Below are positions 1-13,832 of a stretch of DNA of 64,000 bases, piece after piece (the first letter of the stretch is position 1; each line of letters begins with the position of its first letter). Source of the stretch: the human T2T-CHM13v2.0 reference genome, Homo sapiens; contig CP068257.2 of the NCBI GenBank assembly GCA_009914755.4, forward strand, positions 2,880,001-2,944,000. The letters are read 5' to 3'. The position numbers and the translations under genes were made by a program. Below the pieces are notes generated by a model, which saw only the letters and a program-made list of their open reading frames with translations, was not told the DNA's origin and did no database searches.

Positions 1-2794
1 GACTTAATTACCTCTGACCTGCTAAGGCCATTACACTGGGGATTAATGTTCTGGAATGTGAATATGGTGGGGAATCACATAGTCTACTGCAACTTCCAAA
101 GTTATATTTCTAAAACAGCTATTATTTTCCTCCCACTTGCTCTGTCCTGTGCGTCCTCTCTCAATCTCTCTGTCTCCCTTTCTCTTTTTCTGTGCATACG
201 TCTGTCTATCTCTTTCATTTTCCATCTCTGTATTGTAATCCTCAAGATGAGGAAGCGATCTCCAGTGTCCTAAGATGCTCTAGGCACAGACCCACATGAT
301 AGAGAACTGAAGAACTGCCCAGGCCAATCAAAAGAAAGAAACTGGGGTTCTCAGTTCACACTGAATCTTGCCAATTTCCATGAGGCAGATTGGAGGCTGA
401 TCTCTCCCCAAATCCAGCTTCAGTTGAAATCACAGTCCCAGCCTCATAGGGGACCTTGAGGCAGAGGCACCCAACTAAGCTATATCGAGATTCTGGTTCA
501 CAAAAGTTGTGAGATAGTATTTGTTGTCAAAATGTGCTAAAATTCAGAGCAATGTTGTCACAGACGGGCAAATGACTAACCTCCTCTTTCAGGCCCCAGG
601 ATACACCCTCCCCTCTGTTCCTTTCTTTCTCAGGCTGCCTGCAGCCACACTTGTCCCGTTATAACCTCCTCTGCTAAACTGACTTGTGCCTCTGAGTCTT
701 TTCACAAAGAGTGGCTTTTCCCTGACACACTTTCCACACCTGCGCAGTTGTCATTCTCATCACAACATAATGCCAGCTCAGTGAGGTATTCATGTCCCCT
801 CCAGGCAACCTCTCTCCAGCCCTCCCTCCCAACATTCTACTTTATTTCCATTATAAAATGCTCTTTTCTTTCGCATGTACTTGCTTTAGTGTTTTTGTCC
901 TGCAGTCCTCAGACTGTAGGCTCCCCGCGGGGATGCAGGGATAACATAATCGTTTTTGGTACCACATGGTGAACCTACCAAGGTAGCTGCCACAGGGTGA
1001 GTGCTAGGGGAAGAGCCGCTGAGTAAAATAACATGGAAAATCACAAAGTCTTTCCTGCTTTCGGTCACCCAATAATGTGGAGATCAAGAATGATAACAGG
1101 AGCTGCAGGACCTCAGCCTGTCTCTCCCCCGGCTCCAGCTACTCCAGTAAAGTCCAGCGGGCACAAGAAACACGGGGTCTGCCGCCACCTAGAGGCCTCC
1201 GCTAGCACTGTAGTCCCAGGCAGAAGCATCACAAAACAGGTACCTGCACTGGGGAATTCTCAAGGCAGTGGCTCTTCAGGGACCCCTGGGAAAAGGAGCA
1301 GTATCTGAAGACTCCAAGGGCCATAAAAGTGACCTCGGAAGCCTCCCTTGATTCCTATTTTCCTCAGCCTCGTTGGGTGTGCTGTGCACTCATTAAACAT
1401 TTTAACAGCATTCGGCGACATTATTTTCTTCCACTTCCGAATGAGGACCTCAAGGACAGCCCAAAAAACTAGTATTTTTTTCTGGGCCCCACACTCCAGA
1501 GCCCAGTGCATTGTCACATTCTGCTTTATTCCAAGTCCTCATCCGCCCAAGTCTCTAGGCCTCTCTCTTCTCTGAAGGACCTCTAGAAACTGAAAAGCCT
1601 CTTCCCAGAGTCTCAAAGCACAGTGATTTACCAATGAAAAGCCAAGGGCGGCAGACACCTATGAGTATCTAGAATCCTTGGTATTATTCCTTCTCAGTAC
1701 CCCTATTTATGAGGGAGAAAACAAAGGCTTTCTTTCCCGTAGCCTGTCTTTATATCACACGGGGTGGTGGGTGGAGGGCATAGCTCATTTTAGTTCCAGG
1801 TGCCCACAGAAGTGGGAGTCACAACCCCAGTCCTGTCCTCTTGAAACAGCTGGGAAAGTCCCCAGGCTTGGAAGAACCCAGGGAACCTGGAGGATCCTTC
1901 ATCGCATGCTGTCAGCTCCTGGTCATGTAGCTGGGGGAGTGGATGCCTCTGCCTCATGGCAAAGCTGCATCTACTGTTTCTTCCCCTTTTGTCACTTCTT
2001 TGGTTTCCTCTTCCCTAACCTCACTTTAGAATCTCCACTTTAGATCTCCACTTTAGAAGCCTGTGTGTGTGTGATGTGTTTGTGTGTGCATGCCTGCACG
2101 CCTATGTGACAACATTGAAGAGTAGAAAGCCCAGGTAGAAAGTAGAGCACAGGGTTTTCCAGGACTCATGGGCTCTCATTTCCAAAGCAAACCTGATGGG
2201 TGGGGTGCATGCAAGGCCTAGGAAGCTGGATCCCTCCCTAATACTCTGTGCTCTGCCCAATTTCTGGGATCTGGACCAGTCTTTGCCTTTTTGGGAGGTC
2301 TCAGTCTTCCTGTTGTAAAATGAAGAGTTGGCTACAAAACTGTATGAGCACATGCTCAGTGAAGACAGGGTGTCATGCTCAATACCACAGAGAATATTGG
2401 GATGGGGAAAGTTTGGGCAGACTTAGGTGTCCATGCGTGCTCAGGCCTCTGAACAGGGCCAGTGCAGGCAAACATAAAGCACGGCACAGCCAGGTTTTCT
2501 TTCCAGGGCTACAGGATGAAACAGTGCACCACAGGATCTGCTCTTGAGGTCGGTCCCGCAAGATTTTCCCACCTTCAACCAGCAACTGTTTGATGAATTT
2601 CATGTCCTGTGAAGCCCATATCCACCCCCATTACAGTGAGGGGCACAGGGCACTAGACCTGTAAAATAATGTCTTTTGCCTTTTTTTCTTTTCTTTTCTT
2701 TTTCTTTTTTTTTTTTAATGAGTGGATGTTTCTTCTTTCTCCTTTTCTGTTTTGTTTGTTTTTTAACTAATTTTTAAGAGGTCTTTACAGGTCA

Positions 2795-3076
2795 GCTGTG
2801 GTGCCTCGCACCTGTAATTTCAACACTTTGGGAGGATGAGGCAGGTGGATTATTTGAGGTCAGGAGTTCAAAACCAGCCTGGCGAACCTGGTGAAAATCC
2901 GTCTCTACTAAACTTACAAAAAAATTAGCGGGGAATGGTGGCCCAAGCCTGTAGCCCCAGCTACTCAGGAGGCTGAGACAGAAGAATTGCTGAAACTTGG
3001 GAGGCGGAGGTTGCAGTGAGCCGAGATTGCACGACTGCACTCCAGACTGGGTGACAGAGTGAGTCTCTGTAAAAAA
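2795..3076 (+). mobile_element. Alu SINE (arm A copy).
   Basis: Dimeric Alu consensus motifs (ggtcagctgtggtgcctcgcacctgtaat...gcactccagactgggtgacagagtgag) followed by a poly-A tail. Confidence 0.9.
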
Positions 3077-3118
3077 AAAAAAAAAAGAGAGAGAGAGAGA
3101 GAGGGAGAGAGAGAGTGC
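3077..3118 (+). repeat. Poly-A tail followed by a (GA)n microsatellite.
   Basis: aaaaaaaaaaaaaaaagagagagagagagagggagagagagag. Confidence 0.85.
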
Positions 3119-3129
3119 TCTTCATGGAA

Positions 3130-4900
3130 ACATGAGCCCCTTTGTAATTTCATGTGTTGAAAATATTTATTCCAATTTTGCAATTTCTTTTCTTATTGTG
3201 GTGTTCTCTTTAAGTTTGGTTTAGATGTTATTAGTGTTTCTCCCCAAATTGATTTATTGATTTCCATTTTCACAATACAATATTTTGGCAGAAATCTTGT
3301 GGAAACTGTCTAATCAGTTTAAAATTTTAAATACATATTAAAAAATCAAAGAACTGTAAAAACTGTCCTGAAGAATGACAAAGTTTGTGAGCTTACAATG
3401 CCATATATTCAGACTTAGATTAAAGCTATAGTAATAAAAGCTATCTATGGTAGTAATGAAAAAATAGGCACAAAGAAAACTAGAAAAACTCGAGAGTCCA
3501 ACTCAGACTCACACATTTAGACATTTTGTATATTACAAAACAGGCACAGAAGAGCAGTGGAGAGAAGACAGCATCTCGGTAATTAGCCTTGGGTCATCTG
3601 GTTATTTATGTGAGAAAGAAATGAACCTATCTTATATTGTTAACAAATTTCGAGACAAGTGGATTTTAAATTTTAAGGTGAAAATTGAAAACAATATTTC
3701 TAGTAGATAACATAGATAAGTATGTCCATGACTTTGGCACAGGCCAAGATTTCTTGGGACACAAAATGCATAAATTATCAAGACAAAAATATGACAAATT
3801 GGACTTTATTAGAATTAAAACCTTCTCTTCATAAAAAAAAAAAGCTTCAGGAGAGCTGAAAGGCAAGAACAAAGTGGAAATCAACATTTGTCATATATTG
3901 ATCTGGCAAAAGCTTTTTATCTAGATTATTAAGCTAAATCCCATCACTTAATAAACAAAGATGCATACATTGAACAAAATTGGCAAAGATATGACTAGGA
4001 GTTCCACATACAGAACCGAAGGGCCAACAAGTAGATGAACATATCCACATTCTTATGCATCAGAACAATGCATATGAAAACTACAATTGAATACCACTAT
4101 GCAATCATTAACATTTTTGAAAACTGACAAAATTAAGTACTAGTGATGATGTCAAGCAACTGGAACTTTCTTATACCATTCTGTGTGCAAACTGTTATAA
4201 CCACATTCAAAACCACTTGAGTAGTAACTCCTTACATACACGATGTACATAAGCACACTCTAGAACCCAGCAACTCTGCTACTAGGTATATACACCCAAT
4301 AGAATTGCCAGCATATTTTCCAATGTAGTAAAGTGCTCGAAGTAGCATTATTTGGTACTTTTCCAAACTGAAAAAAACTCAAATGTGCATCAATAATAAA
4401 ATAACTAAATAAAACAGCTACATATTCCTTTATAAGGGGACATTATACAGATATAAAATTAATTGGAGACATATTAAAATATACAAAAATCTAACAAATA
4501 CAATTTAATTAGATTTAAAAGTCCTATCCACAGCAATCGGCCAATAGAAAAGAAAAAGGCATACAAATAGAAAAAGAAATTGAATTCTCTTTCTCCATTT
4601 GCAATATGAGTCACTACGTAGAGAATGCTAAAGCCTCTCCAAAACTACTTTTGGGGAAAACTTGAAAAGCCTCCTGAAACGGATAAGCAAGTAAAGTTTT
4701 AGGACACAAAACCAATGTACAAAAATCAGTAGCATTTCTATGCATCAACTACTTTGAATTCCTGAACATCTTCTGGTTTTATTGCATTTTCAATTTTTTC
4801 CCTCCATTAACTATACATTTTTTCTTTTCTCAGCTAAACTAATTTATTCTTCTGTATAATTTCACCTTGTTAATAAACCCCAGGCCAAAAAGTGGGAATA
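3130..4900 (+). mobile_element. Old L1 LINE fragment (3' portion of ORF2 and 3'UTR region), arm A copy.
   Basis: L1-like stretches such as ...cagcaactctgctactaggtatatacacccaatagaattg... (compare L1 cagcaatcccactactgggtatatacccaaag). AT-rich and degenerate. Confidence 0.5.
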
Positions 4901-6247
4901 AAGTATTTGTCTGCATCCTGTTTCCTCATTTTGAAAACTAGTCTAGATGAAACCTATACTTGTTCTAGGGAGTTGGCATAGACAGCATTTATTTCCATTC
5001 TCAGCAGTGATGCCAGCCAGAAAGAGGGAGTTCCCCATTTTCACTTTGGTTAGACAGGACTCTGGATGGTTGAAGGGGAAAAGTTTCAGACTCTAAGGGA
5101 GCCAAATAGGATATTACAAAGATTTATGCATTTACTCCGGGAGCAATTAATGTGTTAAATTTTGTGCAAAACACTGCGCAAAGAGCAATTAAAGTGAAAA
5201 TTATTAAGGCATTACCTTTACCTTGGGAAACTCACACTAGTCAGATTCTCCGAACCCCAGAACTTAACAACAACCTAGTAAAATCTTGTTCAGAGTGAAG
5301 AGAGGGTGGGATCAGGAAGGTAAGTTTAAAAATTAGGCTGGGTGAATGAGATAATTACCCCTAGTAATGCATTGGAAGTATGGATGGCTTTGGGATGGGT
5401 GAAGACAAAAGAATCTCAGCAGAGGGTGCAGATAAAAAAGGGCAGAAACACAGGAGGCTTATGCAGAAAGAGGAATGAGTTTGCTGGACTGGGGAGAGTG
5501 ACAGTAAAAAGCAGAGGATAATAGGCCTCTGTGGTCATCTAGGGACTATAGGATGGATTAGTTGGGGGTTACAAAATCAGTGAGGTACTTTTTAACAGTA
5601 GGATGGATAAAGAAGAGCTATATTTTGGAATAATTATGTAGCAATGGTGGTTAGGAGCAATAGAAACTCAAAGTATTACATAAATATGTTTTTTTCTTAT
5701 TCTCCCACACAAGCCTTTCGCCTTCCCTCTTAAACTGAGAACGGAGTGGTTTGCTATGATGTTTTTAAATTCTCACAGACAAGCATTACTCTGTGCTGCC
5801 TTTTAATAAAGGCTAATTTTAACCAAATTAAAGAAGATTGAATGGATTTTCTTGCTTATAATGGTTGAGTACAACATCTCTTACCTTCTACTAGTTTTCA
5901 GTATAACTGAAGTAACAGAATGTCAATACTCCATGGAGGGGTGTTCCTATTGCTAAGGCTCCCTCCTCTGGGCTAGGCCTTCTACACCATGGCTGTCCTG
6001 CTGTGGCTGGAGCTGGAATTTGGATTGACCTCTGTGTGTCTTCCTAGCACACAACAGGTGTCCAATTAGCATGGGCAGAATCAAGCTCCTCCCTCTCACC
6101 ATTTATTTCTCCATTTGTCCCTTGTTGGGAATGGAGAGTCCTGCCACTGAGTTCAGCCCAGGGTTGAAGTTCAAATCTCAGCTGATACTTGGTGGATGTT
6201 GACTTTTTTGAGAAGAACTTGGGAGAATAAAACATTATAAAGGCGCT

Positions 6248-6545
6248 GGCCAGGCACGGTGTCTCATGCCTGTATTCCTGGCATATTGATTGGCTGAGGA
6301 GATAGAATTGCTTGAGGCCAGGAATTTGATACCAGCCTTGTCAACATAGTGAGACCCCATTTATACAAAAAACTTGAAGCATTAAAAACATTTAGCCAGG
6401 TGTGATAGTTCCAAACTGTTGTCTCAGCTATGCTGGACATTGAGGCAGAGGATCACTTGAGCCAGGAGTTCTAGGCTACAGGGAGCTATGATCGTGCTGC
6501 TGCATTCCAACCAGGGCAACTATGCAAGATGTTTCAAAAATAAAA
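6248..6545 (+). mobile_element. Old Alu (AluJ-like), arm A copy.
   Basis: ggccaggcacggtgtctcatgcctgtattcc...gagccaggagttctaggctacagggagctatgatcgtgctgctgcattccaaccagggcaac. Confidence 0.85.
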
Positions 6546-7439
6546 TCTTTTATTATTCTTCACCCCTATAGTCTCTCCAGAACTTGTGCACTATGTAGCA
6601 GAAAGAATCAAACTCCCCAAGAGTTTGGTTCTTGCTTATGATTCGGTTTTCTGCTGCTTGGCTGCCCCGTCATGTCCCCATTTTGTATAAATAAGAACCC
6701 CCAGGTGAAGTGGAGTTTCTCCCCAGCAGAGGGTCTCACCAAGGCCCCAGGACTGGCACTTTAGGTGGAGGCTTGCTTTTCAACCTCTGAATAATAATTG
6801 ATACTAAAATTGAGAAGTTTTCCAGACACCAGCTTCCTGAAAGGAGCACTCAGTCGAGACAAGATGAGGTCAGTAGCGAAGGTGACTCAGGCTGAGTGGG
6901 CCGTACATTCCTCTACTTTTCCCAAACTTCCCTCTGACATCCTCCAAACTTTCTGTCTTCCCAGGACTTTCTTGCCAGGGAGTCTAGTGAAGTAAAAGCT
7001 TTAAAATTGCTTTGATTTTAAAAATAATTTTATTGGTTCTTAAAATGTACTGTTAAATATTACTGTTTTTCTTCCCCCAGGGGCTACGTGAACATAAGCT
7101 CATTTTTCACACTAGCAGCATTTAGAAATGTCTCTTCTGGAGGAACACTGATGCTCTCAAATCACACGTGGTAATTCTCTCCTCCAGGCACAAAATGCAG
7201 TCTCAGCATCTCTGTATCAGGAGTCACTGTCTAAGAGTCTCTCCAGAGAAATAAGCTACCCAGGCCATCCAGCTGCTGGTGAGTTGCTTTGTGGTCATGA
7301 ACTGGGTAGATTTCCTCATCTCTTGCTCATTGGCCACATTCAGGATTAATGATTCAATGCTTTTGTTGTTCCAGAAGCTGTGGTCAGTGGCTATGCAGGA
7401 ATCAGTCTTTCAGTGCTGATCTTTGCTGAGAAAATAATA

Positions 7440-8800
7440 GTATTGTTCAAACAGTATATAGGATTTGCACTCAATATTTAATAATTTAGTGACAAAAACC
7501 TCTTAAATACACATTATACTGATATAAAATAAGTTATTCATCTATTACCAAATTTACTCTTTTATTTAATATAACCCTTGGGATAACATTTTCTTTTATG
7601 CTTCCATAAATATGCTTCACATGGATATATCACATATTGTGTATAATTTCACACAGTGTTAACATAGTTTCCATCTATTTAGATGTTTGCACATTTATTT
7701 TATCTCAATGTTTGTTCTCAGGAAGAGTATTTTTCTTCATAAACTAAATTTTCAGCAAATTTTAAATGCATTTCACTGACATAATTATACTGTTTACATT
7801 GTATTTGTGTATTAAGTTACATTTTGTCCTTAAACCTGAAAATAACTTTTCAAATATATGTAATTTTAAATTTACATGTTTTTCCCTCAGAACTTTTAAA
7901 ACCGTAACCTATTGGATTCTTGATCTTATTCACATATTGAGAAATGTGTTTCTTTTCATTGCTTTATAATTAATTTGAATTTTATCTTAGATAGCTTTAC
8001 GTGATTTTCTCTATTATGGTATTATGCTTTTAACTATTGTTTTTCTTTTGATCAGAATGCCTTTAAGCTATTATAATTAATTATTTTAATAATTATATAT
8101 TTTTATTCCCTATTTGACATTCACTCCATTTTATTTATTCAAACTTGCACTTAAACAACATGACTTATTCTAGATTTTTATGTATTTTAATTTTTCATAT
8201 TGTTTATTTGTTTTATCCCTATTGGGACTTCTAAATATTCACTTCATCATATCTTCTAATTCATAATTTCTTTTTCAATTATGTAATTTTTCTATGTATT
8301 CTATCCTTTAAATTTAAAATTTTTACCTAATTATTTTGATAATATACCTTATTTTGATCTTACTTTTAAACTTTTCCTCTAATATATTTAAACATTATAA
8401 CTACTTATATTATTTCTACAGTATATATACAATTTTGGGATTTATTAAGATGTAATGGTACAGCTGTGTTTTTCTTATAATTTTATTTCTTAATAACTTT
8501 GATCTTGATGACTTTAACTTTGTATATTTTAAAAAGAATAGTAGACTTCATTTTATTATAAATGACTGACCTCAATTGATGGGGCCATAGAAGATTCTGG
8601 GTCGAGGTATTTTATTCCAGTGAAAAGTTATCTGTAATGTTAATAATGCACCCTTTACAGACACCTGAAAATGATTAAGTCTATATATTTACCTAAATTG
8701 TCCTGAGTAAAACACATAGTGTACATATGAACCAGAAACTCATATGATGATTGGTGTTAATTCCCAAATCAACCAAAGAGGAGAAATACCACCTCCACTA
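7440..8800. repeat. Very AT-rich, low-complexity block in the spacer. Probably a degenerate ancient L1.
   Basis: Composition only. No ORF structure is retained. Confidence 0.25.
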
Positions 8801-11800
8801 ACTAACCTATTTTTCTAAACTTTTGAAAATGTAAGGATTCTAGCTTTAGATAGCATAGTCAGATCCAAGTACTCCTGCATCTATGCTGCTGTGACATTAT
8901 ATTCACCAATCAGACATGTTAAATTCTAACAAACTGTGCTTCCATTATTAGCAATTCCCACAGGTAGCATCAACTTCCAGCCTAATTTTTCTCCTACAGC
9001 TGTGCTTCTTTATCCTTTCCTGAAAAATTATTTGTGGAGGTGCATGCCTTTGAAGTTTCTCAGCATATATTGTTATTTGAGGTTGAAAAGATAAGATTAT
9101 CTAAATTTTTGCCAGAAACTCTGATACCCACATTATATCTTTGAAAGCATTGGTTGTCACACTGCTGCTGACATGTGCATTTAGGAGAAGCATGTAAATG
9201 TCAGTGCATTGCAGTCTCTGAGGGGTTGAAATAAACAATACCGGAAATCTTGGCCACTGAGGCTCACATGTAGATTTTCATTCCCAGTCCAGGCATCTAG
9301 ATTCAGGGGCACCTAACTGAGGGGCTTTTGGTTGAGGCCTTCTTCAGAAACTTTTGTTCAGATCCCTGTTTCTGGAGAAGAAATGGAACTTTGATAATAA
9401 TTTTCATACATTCCTATTAATATTCAATTCTCTTTAATCTTGCTCATACATTCTCCTCTACGCTCTCCTGCCCCCTTTTCCACAAAATTGCGGGCCTGTT
9501 TTTTATGAGGGTGCCACCTCGGCAGTGAGACAGTGCCCCATGTTTGTGCTGATCCATCTGACCCTTTCCTGGTGCTTTTCCATGAGGAAAAAATGGAACA
9601 ATTAGGAGTCGGTGCTTGATCTAATGTTGCCTGTTGTTTAACACAATCACAGAAAGGAAGACAAAAAGGCGTAACTATTTCTTTGATGTGGGCCTCTTGC
9701 TTTAATTTAAAACTCTGATATTAAGCAGGTTAGCTCTTCCCAGCTCAGCTCAGCTCTTGAAATTTCATGGAAGAAATTCTGTTTTTATTGGTCTAAATTT
9801 TGTGTCTTTTATATAGAAAAACGGTAATAAAATTGCATCGTATATTTAAAAATTGAATGCCTTCTGTTTTGCCATTTTACTGAAGAGAAAATTTGTGTAG
9901 CCTATTGGCATTATTAACAGTGAAGCTCCAAGTACTAATATTCAGAAAAAATAATGAATCAAAATCCAACTATTTCTCAGTAGCATTTTCTTTTTTATAA
10001 ACTTTCTATTTTATTGTCTGTAATTAAAAAACTTCTGTAGAAAAGAGTTTAAAATTTTCAAAGTTAATACAAAATTATTTTTAGAATTTCTTTTTGCATA
10101 ATGTTTGTCGTAAGTAGCTAATATTAATAAATTGTAATCATCAATTCTTATCTAAGCTGCACGTTAAAAAATATGTTAATATTTGCTGCTGCCTAAAATA
10201 TAATACATATTTACATAATCTAAGCTACTAAAAATAGTAATAAACACACATATAAATAATCAACATACACAGGTCATTTTTTCTATTTCTTACTTATATT
10301 TTATGTTTCATATTTGTATCAGCACACTTTATGTCCTACTATCATATATGGAAACTTGCCTATTTTGCATCTTGTTATATTAAATAATAAGACATATGCT
10401 TAGCTTCCCCTAGGTTAAATTTTTTACATAATTGTTATTAATGTAAATAATCCAGAAATGAAAGTTTTTTAAAAAATTTCCAGTGCCCTCACTGTGCATG
10501 ATATAATTCTATTTTTTAAAGTGTTAGTGCTGTTTGCATTATATAAAAGAATATTTTAGTGTATCAACTAACTACATACCTGAAAGCATGGCTTACTTTT
10601 TCATTAGTATATACTTTTGGTTGTACTCGGCTATTTTTCTAAAAGTGCTTGCAAATCAGTTCCAGGCCACAGGGCTTTGTCTTCAACAAAATAAGAATGT
10701 CTCAGAGACCCACAGAAATAACTGTGCCAAGTACTCCTATAAACAGGCTTCTGATAGAATGACTTATATAACTTTGAAACACTATCAGTGGACTAATTTA
10801 TTTCTCTAATTCTAGCAGAGAAGCATATGTGCTTACAAGATAGAGTAAAACAAGTATGAGTAAAACAGGACTAAATGAACTGACGATGAATGATAATAGG
10901 TTTTGTTTGGAATGTGAACATAAAACATTCCTGCTATTATTTCCTTGGTATCTAAACATGAGCTAATGGGAGCCGTTGTTACATGTTGTACACCCTTAAG
11001 AAGGTTTACAGTTTTTCGTCTCACCTATATTCGTAGTTGTCTGTATTTGTGGTTTAGAATCTCAGCTATTTTCATAGTTGTAGCTATATTTATAGTTGCA
11101 TGCAATGAGTTGCATGGTTGCACTCAGTAGCCAGGGGATGGGCAGGGAGATGCAAACAATTCTTCAGAGTAAGTTATTATCTTCTGTTGCAGTGGAAGTT
11201 CTTGAGGCTTCATAGCTACCTGGCACTCATCTCGTATGAGCTCCTTTGTGTTTCTGAAGCCTCTGGCATACACCGAGGGTGTGGGTTTGCCTGGAATGTA
11301 GCATCAACCTGTAGAGAACAGGATTTTCCATGACCCAGTCATTGAATAAACTTGATATCTGCTTCTGCTGTTGAGAAAACATTATTTCTCCTTCAGGAAT
11401 ATCCACCCTCTTCATCAAGAACATCGTGTCATTCTTCAGGGTCACAGAATGCTCTACAGCCTACTTCCTGGTGTCCACCAAGGAGGAGATTAGTTGCATC
11501 TGAATTGAAGGAAGATTCGAGAGGGGTCACAGCTGCAGAATTCCAATCACGCTCAGTCTGACTGTGCTGATTTTAGAAAGACACATGGGGATCTGCCACA
11601 AGGAAGGCACTTTGCAGGGAGGCCTCAACCCCATGGCACACCCCTTCAGGAGGGCTCTTCTCCTTGTAACAGTCACTTAGCCACTTATAGAAAGGCAACT
11701 CTTAGAAAATTTAAATGGGGACCAAAATACTAACCCTAACCAGTTTATTATCTCAAAGAATTGGAAAAACAAAGTTTTCAAATACTACAGGATTAGAAGA

Positions 11801-12559
11801 GTAAACAAGATATGCTTTTTCTTTGGAGCTACATATATGTATTAAAAATGGGATGTACAAAGAATTTTTTATCACATGGAGAAGTGCTTATGAGATGATA
11901 TACCATTAAACATATTAATGAAAGGCATACATTAAAAAGTATAACCAAACTTATACATTAGAACCCAAAATTTAAAATGTGTAGAAAAATGATTGAGAGG
12001 AAATATGCCGAATTATAGGAATTGATGTGTTTCTTATAGGAAACAGGATCCTGTGAGAAATTAAATTGCTTTATTGATTCTCTTGTACTTTTATAGTTTC
12101 CAAAAGTTCTACAGAGAGTGTAATGTAGGACCTTAGTCAGGAATAAACATCTCTTTAAATAAGCAGCAGAGAATTTCAAAGGAAGTGTGTGGTATGGGTT
12201 TATGTGTTTCTTTCAAGATCTAATATTTTCCACGTAGTGCTTCAGAAAAGACAAGGTAATTTCAACAACTTAACCCCATCATCAAGAGGGTGTTACTTAA
12301 GTACATTATGGGAGGTCATAGATAAACAACCAGTCAGCCTCTAAGCATCAGAAAATCCGTGATGTCCATTGGCCTGAGAGATGGTCTGCATTTCTTTGAA
12401 GGAAAAAAGCAGGTTTTAAAACACTAGAGCCGAATCAAATCCTAAATTTGAATAGAAAGATTAGAAAGGCTTATGCATGGGAAAAAGATTCAGGGTATCC
12501 AATGGTTAATTCTGACTATTTCTGAGTAATTTAAATTTACCTATAATTTAAAAAAAAAA

Positions 12560-12864
<305 letters not shown>

Positions 12865-13539
12865 TTAGTTAGGAATCAAATAAGATAATTAAATGTAAAC
12901 TTACACTTAATTTACTTTTTAAGCATTTTAAGAATTGGTATTCTAATTTTGTGTCGGTACATTTTAAGAATCAATAAAATTATTTTTAAAATCAAAGCAA
13001 TTTTAAAGCTTTTACTTCTTTAGACTCCCTGGCAAGAAAGCCCTGGGAAGATAGAAAGTTTGGAGGATGTCAGAGGGAAGTTTGGGAAAAGTAGAGGAAT
13101 ATATGGAGGGCAGAAGGAGTGAACATTAGGGAAACCCTCCCCTAGCTCAGTCTTCAGATACGCTGGTGGACTTCCCCATTCAGCCTGAGTCACCTTCGCT
13201 ACTGACCTCATCTTGTCTTCTGACTGGATGCTCCTTTCAGGAAGCTGGTGTCTGGAAAACTTCTCAATTTTAGTATCAATTATTATTCAGAGGCTGAAAG
13301 GCAAGCCTCCACCTAAAGTGCCAGTCTTGGGGCCTTGGTGAGACCCTCTGCTGGGGAGAAACTCCACTTCACTGGGGGGTTCTTATTTTATACAAAATGG
13401 GGACATGACGGGGCAGCCAAGCAGCAGAAAACCAAATCATGAGCAAGAACCAAACTCTTGGGGAGTTTGATTCTTTCTGCTACATAGTGCACAAGTTCTG
13501 GAGAGACTATAGGGGTGAAGAATAATAAAAGATTTTATT

Positions 13540-13832
13540 TTTGAATCATCTTGCGTGGTTGCCTGTTTGGAGTGCAGTAGCGTGATCATAGTTCACCGCA
13601 GCCTAGAACTCCTGGCTCAAGTGATCCTCTGCCTCAATATCCAGCATAGCTGAGACAACAGTTTGGAACTATCACACCTGGCTAAATGTTTTTAATGCTT
13701 CAAGTTTTTTGTATAAATGGGGTCTCACTATGTTGACAAGGCTGGTATCAAATTCCTGCCCTCAAGCAATTCTATCTCCTCAGCCAATCAATATGCCAGG
13801 AATACAGGCATGAGACACCGTGCCTGGCCAGC
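13540..13832 (-). mobile_element. Alu (arm B mirror of 6248-6545).
   Basis: Reverse-complement Alu motifs (gttgcctgtttggagtgcagtagcgtgatcatagttcaccgcagcctagaactcctggctcaagtgatcc...). Confidence 0.85.

Larger units (their letters stand above)
1..7052 (+). repeat. Inverted-duplication (palindrome) arm A. It is truncated by the window edge, so the true arm is probably longer.
   Basis: Reverse complement of 12950-20110 throughout. Bases 1-70 mirror 20041-20110. The minus-strand ORF at 6044-6235 and the plus-strand ORF at 13842-14033 encode the same 63 aa with one substitution. Alu 2795-3076 pairs with Alu 16992-17296, and Alu 6248-6545 pairs with Alu 13540-13832. Mirrored coordinate sums run from about 20077 to 20111, so small indels are present. 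Confidence 0.85.

Noticed and set aside
2792-3183. ORFs of 72-82 aa overlapping 2792-3183. Similar small ORFs occur over other Alus, for example 12652-12846, 47206-47400 and 56213-56599.
   Set aside because: They are encoded by Alu consensus sequence, which is recurrent 'protein' noise.
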